A stretch of DNA of 32,000 bases, taken from Microcystis aeruginosa NIES-2549. Its GTDB lineage: Bacteria; Cyanobacteriota; Cyanobacteriia; Cyanobacteriales; Microcystaceae. Positions 17,740 to 27,286 of the stretch are shown here, piece after piece. The stretch covers positions 1,230,001 to 1,262,000 of the forward strand of contig NZ_CP011304.1 of assembly GCF_000981785.2 (NCBI RefSeq), written 5' to 3'. Below the pieces are notes generated by a model that saw only the letters and a program-made list of their open reading frames with translations, was not told the origin of the DNA and searched no databases. The position numbers were made by a program, and so were the translations under genes. How positions within the stretch are numbered: position 1 is the first letter of the stretch; the number at the start of each line of letters is the position of its first letter.

Positions 17740-18327
17740 CTATTGATTATGATAAGCCGCCTGTAGATCCCGAATCGAAAACAAAGCTTGAAACTTTATT
17801 CCCTGAGATTGGTAAAATTCCGCCCCTCCTTGCTCTCTATCCACCAAAGCAATGATTAAATCTACTTGATAACCCGCATCGCGTAATCTTTCTACCGCTA
17901 CCATGGCACTTTTCCCCGTTGTCACCACGTCTTCGAGGACAACCACTGCGGCACCGGGGTTTAAAGTCGGCCCCTCGATATAAGCCATGGTTCCGTGACC
18001 TTTTGCCTCTTTGCGGACGATTAAAGCTGGAATCGGGCTATTTTCGTAGGCAGATACCACACTAACCGCGCTGACAATCGGATCCGCCCCTAGGGTTAAT
18101 CCTGCCACCGCTTGGGTATCTGGAGGCAGTAGAGACAGCAATAAACGCCCCACGGCTAAAGCTCCCTCAGCAGTGAGAGTAACTTGTTTGCCGTTGATAT
18201 AGTAGCTGCTTTTTTGTCCTGAAGACAGGGTGAAATCTCCCTCTCGATAGGCAAGACGGACAAGAGCATCGAGGAGAAATTGACGCAGGGAAGCAGTATC
18301 GAGATTCGCTACCGAGGAATTAGCCAT
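17740..18327 (-). CDS. pyrE: Orotate phosphoribosyltransferase
   Basis: PRPP-binding motif VVVLEDVVTTGKS and GDFTLSSGQKSSYYING. Start placed at ATG 18327 (196 aa, MANSS...) instead of the track's 18429, which would add an atypical 34-aa extension. Confidence 0.85.
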   Translation of the reverse strand: MANSSVANLDTASLRQFLLDALVRLAYREGDFTLSSGQKSSYYINGKQVTLTAEGALAVGRLLLSLLPPDTQAVAGLTLGADPIVSAVSVVSAYENSPIPALIVRKEAKGHGTMAYIEGPTLNPGAAVVVLEDVVTTGKSAMVAVERLRDAGYQVDLIIALVDREQGGAEFYQSQGIKFQALFSIRDLQAAYHNQ

Positions 18328-18482
18328 ATTTTCAGGATTGGGAGTCTGACTGACTCCAAAATTTCGGTTACAATTAAGCCAAAAGTCATTATATATTGCC
18401 TCGATCGCTAGTATTGATTTCTTTCTCATCCCATTGAAGCAATTTTTTAATTAACCTTGCCCCTGTGAGGAGGTTTTCACCC

Positions 18483-18935
18483 ATGCGCGCTCAATTTTTA
18501 CTCCCTTCCCTGTTTTGTTTAACCGGTTTAGTCTGGTTGAGTTCGCCTATTGCGATCGCCCAACGTTCACCCGCCACCAATCCGGCGCCGGTAAAAATCC
18601 AACAATTGCAACTTGTCCCCTCTCCCGATACGGCGGTGGGATTTAATAATATCCCCGGTTTGTTTAACCGCGCTGTTAATAATAATACCGGTCGTTTCTA
18701 CGACTACACCAACATTTTAGGACAGTTCAACTCTCTTTTGGGTTGGCGTACTTTTCCCCAGGGTTCTTATTTCGATAATATGATTACCCGGGATGCTAAA
18801 TTGACCGAAGCTTTATACTATGATGTCATGCAACAGCAACAGTCTGGGCCTTTAATTCGCACCCAAGATCTACCCAATCCCTTCGATACTTCCCTACAGG
18901 AAAATCCCAGTTATTTAAGCCCCGGCGGCTTTTAA
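18483..18935 (+). CDS. Hypothetical secreted protein
   Basis: ATG at 18483 lies 8 nt after GAGGAGG. Signal peptide MRAQFLLPSLFCLTGLVWLSSPIAIA. No family recognised. Confidence 0.5.
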   Translation: MRAQFLLPSLFCLTGLVWLSSPIAIAQRSPATNPAPVKIQQLQLVPSPDTAVGFNNIPGLFNRAVNNNTGRFYDYTNILGQFNSLLGWRTFPQGSYFDNMITRDAKLTEALYYDVMQQQQSGPLIRTQDLPNPFDTSLQENPSYLSPGGF

Positions 18936-19049
18936 TTCGCCAATTTAACTCGCAATTGGCTAACAATGTAATCGGTCGAGAATCTTCTTTGAAGGTTCCC
19001 GAACTGCGGCAATATATCTTTTTAAGTTCAATCGAAGCTCCCTGAGAAG

Positions 19050-21044
19050 CTAAACTCTCACCCATTTGGCAATATCAAGGGTTTTGTCATAACGATAGCT
19101 CATGCCATCATTGGCAACAATCGTTTGACCTCGACTGGCTTTATTTTTGATCGTACTTAAGCTATAGTTGGTCAGTTTTTGCATTTCTTGATGGGTAAAA
19201 TTGTCTTGATTGTTCATTTCAGAGACAATTTCTATCGTTTCATCAACGGTTTGGTCATTGTTAGAATGAGTTGCAATCACTGCTGATGGATGATAGTCTT
19301 CCATCCTCATTAAGCGCCAAGTAGAATCCTCGGACAGTTCCAAAACCTTTTGATGGTAGTTAAACAAACTTTCTCGATGTCCGACACTAATAAAGGTCTT
19401 GCCAGTTTGTTGTAACTGTTTATATAAATGATCTTCATTTTTTAAATCTAAAGCACTGGTGGCTTCATCTAAAATTACAAAATCTGGCTGATTAACGAAT
19501 AGTCGCGCAAAGGCTAGACGCTGTTGTTCTCCTAAAGATAAAATATTTTCCCAATCCACTTCCTCATCAAAATTTTTGATGCGATTAAGAACATCTTGCA
19601 GGTTAACTTCTTGTAAGATTTCTTTTAATTGGAATTCACTCATCTCCGTTGTCGTTTGAGGATAAATTAGCTGTTCGCGCAAGTTTCCTAAAATGATATA
19701 AGGACGTTGGGGTAAAAATAATAAATCGTCGAGGGGAGGTCGCACCAAATGACCTGTACCTGTATTCCATAACCCAGAAATAGCGCGTAAAAGAGAACTT
19801 TTTCCTCGACCACTTGGCCCAACAATTAATAAACCTTTCCCTGGTTCAACGGATAGGGATAAATGTTCGACAATCACTTTAGCGGCATCGGGAGTTTGTA
19901 AGGTGACATCCTCAAAAGCTAGATTGTTATCTTCAATGACTTTAATGGTATTAACTGGGGTTTTTTGTTTGCTTACACCCTCTAAAGCTTGGTAAAACTC
20001 TTCTAAACGTTCAATATAATTAATAAACTCACCGGAGCGTCCAAATTCATCCACTAACACGGATAAGGCTGTGGAAAAGAAATAGCAACAATAGCTGGCT
20101 TGGTTAACTTGTCCAAACTCAATTTCACCACTAATATATAATGGGGAAACAATTAAGAAGGGGAAGATTTGAACAATGGATTGATAGCCGCGGTTAAAAA
20201 ATTCTTGGGTTCTTTCCCAATTAATTCTTTCAATCATGATTTTAATCACCTGATTGAACTTTCTGTGAATAATATTTAACTCTTTTTCTTCCCCTCTAAA
20301 AAATGCAATTGATTCAGCGTGAGTCCGAACATGAGTAATGGCGTATTTATAGGTTCCTTCGATTTCTAATTGTTGTTTATTGACTTTATTTAGTTGTTGA
20401 GTAATATAGGTGGCAAGAATATTTCCAATAATCGTATAAACCAGAAGCACAATAGAAATGCTTTTAGAAATTGACCAAAGGATGACAATAAAAACCAGCA
20501 TCTCCATAACTTTTTCAACACAGGTTGTTAAAAAGTCCATCGTTGTTCTGGCAATGGGTTGAATTTCTTGGGATAAACGTTGATCTGGATTTTCAATATC
20601 TCCTTTAAAATTAATTTGATAATAAGCACGATTTTTAAAATATTTTTGCAAGATACTACTATTGATCCATTGATACCAATCCAGCGCAATTAGTTTTTTA
20701 AGAAACCTAGACAATCCTGTGAAAAACGTCATACTGCCTAGAGTAATCCCATAAATAATGACAAAATGAGTTAATTTTTCTGCATCCCTAGCTTCTGTGA
20801 CGCTAATTAAGTCTCTAAAAACAAAACTATTAAACGCATTAAGACCTACTACTCCCACTAATAATAAAAACAATAAAACGAGCATTCCCCAGGAACGAAT
20901 AATCTGCGAAAAAGCTCTATCCTGGTGTTCTTTAGGATACCAATAAACTTGAATAAATCTTAAAAATTCTTGAAGAGATTGATTGAAAGTTCGAGTCTCT
21001 TGCTTGAGATTCATGCTGTCTGAGGTTTTTTCTGCAACATTCAT
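19050..21044 (-). CDS. Fused permease/ATPase ABC transporter (ABC_membrane_2 / SbmA-BacA / ABCD-like), probable exporter of the NRPS product
   Basis: 664 aa with an N-terminal 5-6 TM domain, Walker A GPSGRGKSSLL, signature LSLGEQQRLAFAR, Walker B FVILDEATSALD and H-loop SVGHR. An extra C-terminal tail of about 85 aa is present. Last gene of the minus-strand cluster. Confidence 0.85.
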   Translation of the reverse strand: MNVAEKTSDSMNLKQETRTFNQSLQEFLRFIQVYWYPKEHQDRAFSQIIRSWGMLVLLFLLLVGVVGLNAFNSFVFRDLISVTEARDAEKLTHFVIIYGITLGSMTFFTGLSRFLKKLIALDWYQWINSSILQKYFKNRAYYQINFKGDIENPDQRLSQEIQPIARTTMDFLTTCVEKVMEMLVFIVILWSISKSISIVLLVYTIIGNILATYITQQLNKVNKQQLEIEGTYKYAITHVRTHAESIAFFRGEEKELNIIHRKFNQVIKIMIERINWERTQEFFNRGYQSIVQIFPFLIVSPLYISGEIEFGQVNQASYCCYFFSTALSVLVDEFGRSGEFINYIERLEEFYQALEGVSKQKTPVNTIKVIEDNNLAFEDVTLQTPDAAKVIVEHLSLSVEPGKGLLIVGPSGRGKSSLLRAISGLWNTGTGHLVRPPLDDLLFLPQRPYIILGNLREQLIYPQTTTEMSEFQLKEILQEVNLQDVLNRIKNFDEEVDWENILSLGEQQRLAFARLFVNQPDFVILDEATSALDLKNEDHLYKQLQQTGKTFISVGHRESLFNYHQKVLELSEDSTWRLMRMEDYHPSAVIATHSNNDQTVDETIEIVSEMNNQDNFTHQEMQKLTNYSLSTIKNKASRGQTIVANDGMSYRYDKTLDIAKWVRV

Positions 21045-21227
21045 AGGATTCTCTTTACTCTAAAATGGGGTACATTAGAACTTTTAAGGTCTATTTATTG
21101 AGTTAGACACTAATTCAGCATACCATAAAAATCTGCATTATTATCACAAATTCTATTACTACTATTTTCTAGATTTTTTACATATCAGTAATCAATATTA
21201 ACCTATTGTTTAGGCATTGGATCAGAT

Positions 21228-21836
21228 TCATAATCGTTTGATAATTTTGGCAGGATTACCAGCAACAACAGTAAAAGGTTCTACATCTTGTGTCACCACC
21301 GAACCTGCTCCAATAATTGCTCCTTTCCCAATCGTAACCCTTTTAAGAATCGCAACATTAAATCCAATCCAAACATGATCTTCTATCACCACTGGTGCAG
21401 ATTTTATATCAAGATATTTAGCATCCTTAATCAGATTATTTAAAATGACGACTTCCACAAATTATTTCTGTCTTAAAACATAATTTAATGAATGAGCATC
21501 GGTATCATAAATATTGACATCATCGGCAATTATAACTTCATTGCCAATTTTGATAGAATTTGCTGATCTAATTCCAGTTTTCTCACCAATATAACAATTT
21601 TTACCGATTTCTATTTTTCCACCATGAGTAAATAAAAACAATTCACCTAATATTATGGTATTTTCTCCGATAGTAATTAAACTTTTATCTCCCCTATAAT
21701 TTTCACACTTTCCGATAAATTTGACTGAACTGTGAAACGTGGCATTTTCAGAAAGTTGTTGACGTTTTTCGATCCGTTCTTGTTCTTCTAAGAATTTTGA
21801 AATTAATAAATATAATTGATGTTTTAAGTTAAACAT
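21228..21836 (-). pseudogene. Hexapeptide-repeat acyl/acetyltransferase interrupted by a single in-frame TAA (21462-21464)
   Basis: ORFs 21462-21836 and 21228-21458 are in the same frame, separated only by TAA plus one codon (...DTDAHSLNYVLRQK*FVEVVIL...). Together they give a roughly 200-aa left-handed beta-helix transferase (IGNEVIIADDVNIYDTDAH ... VWIGFNVAILKRVTIGKGAIIGAGSVVTQDVEPFTVVAGNPAKII). Confidence 0.7.
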
Positions 21837-21900
21837 AAGATTGATTTCGTGGAATTTATGATCTGGATTTTTGAATTTAGGGGTGTGATAAAATCGACAT

Positions 21901-24900
21901 TTATTGTGTTAAAAACCCACTTTTAGTAAAATATTCAAAATAAGTTTTTAACAATCTGTCATCAATTTTGGGAAAATTAAAGGCTGTACCCTTTAACCCC
22001 ATTACCGTATTTTGAGCATCAAACTGGGGGGGATAACCTGCGGATAAATTTTCATCTGAAAAATTATCTAACACCGGAGATAAAGCATTATCTGTATTAA
22101 TTTTACATTGTTCTGTTAAATGCGATCGCCATTTTTCCAAGGAAACACACTGCAACGGATAACCCATTTCCCGAACACAATCAAATAACTCACGATTTAA
22201 GGTTGGGTGAGAATTCAACAAATGAAATGCTTTCCCTAAAGAGGTTTCTTGACTGGCTAAATGTACAATTGCACCACTGACATAATCCACAGGAGTGAGG
22301 TCTTCTGTACTATCGCCAAAATCAGGAATCATTCCTAATTGAATACAGCCTTTAATCATACGACAAAACAAATCTTCTCTATTACAAATTCCGGTTTTAC
22401 TATGTCCAATAATTCGAGACGCTCTAAAAATTGTCATCGGAAGTCCTCGTTTTCCAGCTTCCATGATTAATTTTTCGGCAACCCATTTACTTTGAGTATA
22501 ACCGGCATTGAGTCCATGATTTATACCCAGGGGATCAGATTCTTGAATTAAGTTTCCTTGAGCATAACTGGGGGAAAAAACAGAAATCGTCGAGACAAAA
22601 TGAACAGGTTTGGTTTTAATTAAGCAGGCTAATCTCAAGATTTCTGCTGTTCCTAAAACATTAGTGGGTTTCAGTATTGAATAGGGATAAATAGCATTCA
22701 CCCAAGCTCCATTATGATAAATCACATCAATTTGATTGGCTAATTCCAGAAAATCAGGTTCACACATTCCTAAACGTTTTTGGGATAAATCACCAATAAC
22801 AGGAATAATACGAGAGCTTTTCTGTTCATCCCATAATTGAAAGGTTTTTAATTTCTGGTAAATTTTCGCTTGAGCTTGTTCTAAACTTTTGTCTCGAATT
22901 AAACAATGAATATTAGCTTCTGTTTTGTCTAATAATTCAGCTAATAAATGAATTCCGAGAAAACCCGTAGCTCCTGTGAGCAAAATATCAGCAGGTTTTT
23001 GAGGAAAGGGAGCCACAAGATTCGGCGGTTGAATGGAGGTATCTAAGGTAATTTCGACTTGCCAATCTGGGATTTGATCACTCTCAATTGTATCAGATAA
23101 ATTCAAGTCTAAATTAGAGGATAATCCTGCTACCGTCGGTTCTGAAAAAAGATAGTTTAAAGGAATATTAATAGCTAATTGTTCTCGCAGTCGAGAAATC
23201 ACTTGGGCAGCTTTTAAAGAATGACCACCTAAGTCAAAGAAATTATCGAAAATACTAATTTGCTTTAACCCTAAAACATCTTGCCAAATCTCAGCAACAA
23301 TTTTTTCTGTAGCTGTTCGGGGTGTAATCATCGTTTTTTGCTCCCGAATTTCGGTGGGTGCGGGTAAAGCGTTACGATCAATTTTCCCACTGCTCATTAA
23401 GGGCAATTCTTGAAGCTGTACAAAGAAAGCTGGAATCATATAATCTGGTAATTTCTGTTTGAGAAAACTCCGCAATTTTGCAGGATCAATGGATGGGTAT
23501 TTTGGCACAATATAAGCCACTAATTGTTTATTATTTGTTTGATCTTCTCTAACAATTACCGCCGTCGCTCGGACATCTGTGTATTCAGTTAATACGGCTT
23601 CAATTTCGCCAATTTCAATACGAAACCCTCGAATTTTAACTTGATTATCAATGCGTCCTAAAAACTCTATATTTCCATCGGGTAAATAACGAGCTAAATC
23701 TCCAGTTTTATAGAAACGTTGATATTCTGATGAATTAAAAGCATGAGTAATAAATTTTTCACGGGTTAAATCATCGCGATTGAGATAACCTTTGGCCAAA
23801 CCTAAACCTCCAATTAACAGTTCTCCTGGTATTCCAATCGGGACTTGTTGCAAATAGCGATCACAAATATAAACCTGTGTATTTGTAATCGGTTTACCAA
23901 TGGCAACAGAATGAATTTGAGCAATTTTATGACTCAAATTGGGATTAAAAACCGTGGTGGTTATCGTCGCTTCTGTCGGACCATAAGCATTCAACCAAGT
24001 GATATCTTCTCGTTGACTATTTGATAGGATTTTTTGCCATAATATTAATCGCTCTGCTAATACTTCTTCACTTCCTGTAATCACTAAGCGTAGGGTTTCA
24101 GGTAAAGTTATTAAAGTTTGAGATAAATCTAATACCCATTCATGCCAATAAGTAGCTGGAAGATTAATTACCGTTAAACGATTGTGCTGAATAAATTGAG
24201 TAAAATCGGCTAAAGCAGGGAACATTAATGCAGGACGCATAACTAAAGTTGCACCCGTTAAAAAGGTTGGATAAATTTCTTCAGCAGCTACATCAAAGGT
24301 AAAAGAAGCAAATTGTAAAATTCGGTCACGACTTGTTAAATCATAGGCTTTAATAATTCCTAAGCTATGATTAACTAAACTTTGATGTTCAATCATAACC
24401 CCTTTAGGAGTGCCTGTTGAACCAGAGGTATAAATAATATAAGCTAAATTATTTGGCTGAATAGGGTTAACTAAATTGTTTTGGCTTTGACTAATAATTA
24501 AGTTTTCTTCAGTATCTAGACAAACCACTTTTGCTGGATGCTCATGGAATAAATTAATCAAGGTATTTTGAGTGATTAATACCGAGACTTGAGCATCATT
24601 TAAGATATAGTTTAAACGCTCTTGGGGATAATTGGGAGCTAGAACAAGATAAGCAGCACCGGTTTTAAGAATTGCCAAAAAACTGATAATAATAGATACA
24701 GATTGTTCTAAACAAATACCCACTAATGATTCAACTTTAACCCCCTTAGATTGGAGATAATGAGCTAATTGATTGGCACGATAATTTAAGTCTTGATAGG
24801 TGATTTTTTCCCTGCCCCATTCTATTGCGATCCCATTTGGATTTTTTAAAACTTGATGTTCAAATAATTCATGAATACAAACCTTTGGATTTTCAGCAAT

Positions 24901-26373
24901 ATTAGTCTGATTCCATTGAGCTAATAACTTTTGTTCTGATAAAGGTAAAATAGGTAATAATTCAATCGATTGTTCAGGATTAACGGCAATTCCTTCTAAT
25001 AAAGTTTTAAAGTGGGTAATCATGCGCTCAATTGTGTCTTGATTAAACAACGCGCAATTATAATCAAACGATCCAACTAAACCCTCAGTGGTTTCTTGCA
25101 TGGCTAAGGTTAAATCAAATTGAGCAATTAAAGCATTCATCGTGACGGGAGTTAATTTTAAATCCGCCATCGAAAAATGATTAATGTGCAGCATATCTTC
25201 CCAAGAAAACATCACTTGGAATAAAGGACTATAACTTATGTTTCGTTGAGGATTTACCGCTTCTACCACCTTCTCTAAGGGTAAATCTTGGTGTTCATAA
25301 GCTTCTAAAACTACTTGTTTGACTTGATTTAATAAAGCTTTAAACGAGAGATTTTCTTTAAACTGAGTGCGAATGGGTAAGGTATTAATAAAGCAACCAA
25401 TTAAGGGTTCAATTTCAGGAAATTGTCGATTTCCACTAGGAATTCCAATCACAATATCTTCTTGACTGCTATAACGATATAATAAAATATTAAAAGCCGT
25501 TAACAGCGTCATATTCAAAGTAGCGGTTGACGTTTGGCTAATATTTTTCAGGTTTTGGCTTAATTCTGGACTTAGTTTAAATGTACAATTATTGCCTTTA
25601 AACGTTTGTATGGGAGGACGAGGATGATCAGTGGGAATTTCCAATAACGGTGGAATTCCCGTTAATTTTTGTTTCCAATAATTAACTTCCTGGGTGAGTT
25701 TATCTCCTTGTAACTGTTGTCTTTGCCAAACGGCAAAATCACCATATTGAATAGGCAAATCGGGTAAAGGATTAGATTGTTTTTGTAAAAAAGCTTGATA
25801 TAAACGAGAAAGTTCTTGTAGTAAAACTTTCATTGACCAGCCATCAAAAATAGAATGGTGTAAACTCAAAAATAAAAGATAAGAATCAGCTTTTAATTTA
25901 ACCAAAAAAGTCCGCATTAAGGGAGCTTTGGTTAAGTCAAAGGGAGTATAAATTTCTTGTTCGGTTAATCGCTCTAATTCTTGGGTTTGTTCCCCAGAAG
26001 ATAAAGACTGTAAATCCAGCAAGGTAAAATTTAAATGAATTTTAGGGTTAATAATTTGTCTGGGAATTTCTTCAACTTCTTGAAAACAGGTCTGCAACAC
26101 TTCATGACGTTGCTTAATAGTTTCCAAAGCTTTTCTAAAGATATCAATATCTAAATTGCCTTCAATTTGAAAGCGAAACGGCATATTATAGGTATAGCCG
26201 TTAGCTTCTAATTGGTACAAAAACCAAAGTCGTTCTTGAGAAAAAGAAAGCGGTACAAGTTGAGACGGATCCCTAGTAGGTATCGTATTTGTTTTTACCC
26301 CGATTCCTTTTTTTTGTAGTAACAGCTTGAGTAATTTTTGTTTGTCTTGAGAGTTATGGTTCATCTTTGACAT
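21901..26373 (-). CDS. Non-ribosomal peptide synthetase, terminal module: C(LCL)-A-T-R (thioester reductase)
   Basis: 1490 aa. C1 PLSFSQERLWFL and HHSIFDGWS (about 25838-25860). A-domain motifs LAYIIYTSGSTGTPKG, NAYGPTE, YKTGDLARYLPDGNIEFLGRIDNQVKIRGFRIE and SGKIDRNALP. PCP FFDLGGHSL (Ser codon 23218-23220). C-terminal reductase LLTGATGFLGIHLL plus YTQSKWVAE (about 21904-22990). Confidence 0.95.
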   Translation of the reverse strand: MSKMNHNSQDKQKLLKLLLQKKGIGVKTNTIPTRDPSQLVPLSFSQERLWFLYQLEANGYTYNMPFRFQIEGNLDIDIFRKALETIKQRHEVLQTCFQEVEEIPRQIINPKIHLNFTLLDLQSLSSGEQTQELERLTEQEIYTPFDLTKAPLMRTFLVKLKADSYLLFLSLHHSIFDGWSMKVLLQELSRLYQAFLQKQSNPLPDLPIQYGDFAVWQRQQLQGDKLTQEVNYWKQKLTGIPPLLEIPTDHPRPPIQTFKGNNCTFKLSPELSQNLKNISQTSTATLNMTLLTAFNILLYRYSSQEDIVIGIPSGNRQFPEIEPLIGCFINTLPIRTQFKENLSFKALLNQVKQVVLEAYEHQDLPLEKVVEAVNPQRNISYSPLFQVMFSWEDMLHINHFSMADLKLTPVTMNALIAQFDLTLAMQETTEGLVGSFDYNCALFNQDTIERMITHFKTLLEGIAVNPEQSIELLPILPLSEQKLLAQWNQTNIAENPKVCIHELFEHQVLKNPNGIAIEWGREKITYQDLNYRANQLAHYLQSKGVKVESLVGICLEQSVSIIISFLAILKTGAAYLVLAPNYPQERLNYILNDAQVSVLITQNTLINLFHEHPAKVVCLDTEENLIISQSQNNLVNPIQPNNLAYIIYTSGSTGTPKGVMIEHQSLVNHSLGIIKAYDLTSRDRILQFASFTFDVAAEEIYPTFLTGATLVMRPALMFPALADFTQFIQHNRLTVINLPATYWHEWVLDLSQTLITLPETLRLVITGSEEVLAERLILWQKILSNSQREDITWLNAYGPTEATITTTVFNPNLSHKIAQIHSVAIGKPITNTQVYICDRYLQQVPIGIPGELLIGGLGLAKGYLNRDDLTREKFITHAFNSSEYQRFYKTGDLARYLPDGNIEFLGRIDNQVKIRGFRIEIGEIEAVLTEYTDVRATAVIVREDQTNNKQLVAYIVPKYPSIDPAKLRSFLKQKLPDYMIPAFFVQLQELPLMSSGKIDRNALPAPTEIREQKTMITPRTATEKIVAEIWQDVLGLKQISIFDNFFDLGGHSLKAAQVISRLREQLAINIPLNYLFSEPTVAGLSSNLDLNLSDTIESDQIPDWQVEITLDTSIQPPNLVAPFPQKPADILLTGATGFLGIHLLAELLDKTEANIHCLIRDKSLEQAQAKIYQKLKTFQLWDEQKSSRIIPVIGDLSQKRLGMCEPDFLELANQIDVIYHNGAWVNAIYPYSILKPTNVLGTAEILRLACLIKTKPVHFVSTISVFSPSYAQGNLIQESDPLGINHGLNAGYTQSKWVAEKLIMEAGKRGLPMTIFRASRIIGHSKTGICNREDLFCRMIKGCIQLGMIPDFGDSTEDLTPVDYVSGAIVHLASQETSLGKAFHLLNSHPTLNRELFDCVREMGYPLQCVSLEKWRSHLTEQCKINTDNALSPVLDNFSDENLSAGYPPQFDAQNTVMGLKGTAFNFPKIDDRLLKTYFEYFTKSGFLTQ

Positions 26374-26399
26374 GGATTAAATAGGATTTAATTTAGTGA

Positions 26400-26436
26400 T
26401 TTTAGGTTGTTTTCATGGATACAAATCAACCTAAAA
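26400..26436 (-). promoter_or_regulatory. Intercistronic hairpin (10-bp stem, 17-nt loop) between the SDR gene and the terminal NRPS gene
   Basis: ttttaggttg (26400-26409) is the exact reverse complement of caacctaaaa (26427-26436). Function unknown. Confidence 0.35.
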
Positions 26437-26454
26437 ATTGTTTAATTATTGATG

Positions 26455-27231
26455 CTAAATAGCGGTATAACCTCCATCTACCATTAAAATTGCTCCAGTT
26501 ACATAAGAGGAAGCTTCGGAGGCTAAAAACACGACAGGGCCAATTAACTCTTCTAAATCTCCGGTTCGTTTCATGGGAATTCTAGTATATAATTCGTCCA
26601 TTTCATCGGAAGTTGAACGTAAACCTTCTGTTCCTTCCATCATATTATTCATATACCCCGGTGCAAAAGCATTGACTCGAATTTTGTGACTAGCTAATTC
26701 GACCGCTAGGGATTTTACTAATTGATTGACCCCACCTTTTGCGGCGCTATATGCTCCTGAAGATTTGGGAACAGCAACGAAAGCACAGATAGAAGAATTC
26801 ATAATAATTGAACCTGCTGTTCCTTGTTTGATCATTTGTTTGGTTGCGAGTTGAGCGCAATTAAAATAACCTTTTAAGTCAACATTAATAACCTGATCCC
26901 ATTCAAATTCCTCTAATTCATCAGTGTTTTTGAGAATTTCAACCCCTGCATTACAGACCATAATATCGAGTTGACCATAATGAGCAACCGCCTGGTTAAT
27001 TAAATTCTGACAAGCTTGACGTTGACGAACATCGGTCTCAATTGCGATGGCTTCGCCTCCTGCTTCTTGAATCAGTTGAGCAGTTTGTTCAGCGCCAACT
27101 TGATTAATATCACCAATTACCACCTTAGCTCCAGCTTGTGCTAACCCTTGGGCTAATACCCGACCAATTCCTCGGGCAGCACCCGTGATAATTGCAACTT
27201 TACCTGTTAAATCAAAGAGATGATTTGTCAT
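26455..27231 (-). CDS. Classical short-chain dehydrogenase/reductase (FabG/gluconate-5-dehydrogenase-like)
   Basis: 258 aa with cofactor motif TGAARGIGRVLA, NAG, and catalytic S...YSAAK followed by PG. Confidence 0.9.
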   Translation of the reverse strand: MTNHLFDLTGKVAIITGAARGIGRVLAQGLAQAGAKVVIGDINQVGAEQTAQLIQEAGGEAIAIETDVRQRQACQNLINQAVAHYGQLDIMVCNAGVEILKNTDELEEFEWDQVINVDLKGYFNCAQLATKQMIKQGTAGSIIMNSSICAFVAVPKSSGAYSAAKGGVNQLVKSLAVELASHKIRVNAFAPGYMNNMMEGTEGLRSTSDEMDELYTRIPMKRTGDLEELIGPVVFLASEASSYVTGAILMVDGGYTAI

Positions 27232-27286
27232 TTTTTTCCTTCAGTTTAAATCAATGTCCATTATAGAAAGTTTAAGTCATTTAGGT

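Noticed and set aside
18328-18429. Upstream ATG 18429 for pyrE
   Set aside because: It would add a 34-aa extension unlike known orotate phosphoribosyltransferases. ATG 18327 gives a standard 196-aa protein.
18826-19065. 79-aa minus-strand ORF
   Set aside because: It overlaps the 3' end of the secreted-protein CDS and the convergent intergenic region. It has no motif, and it would overlap the ABC transporter stop.
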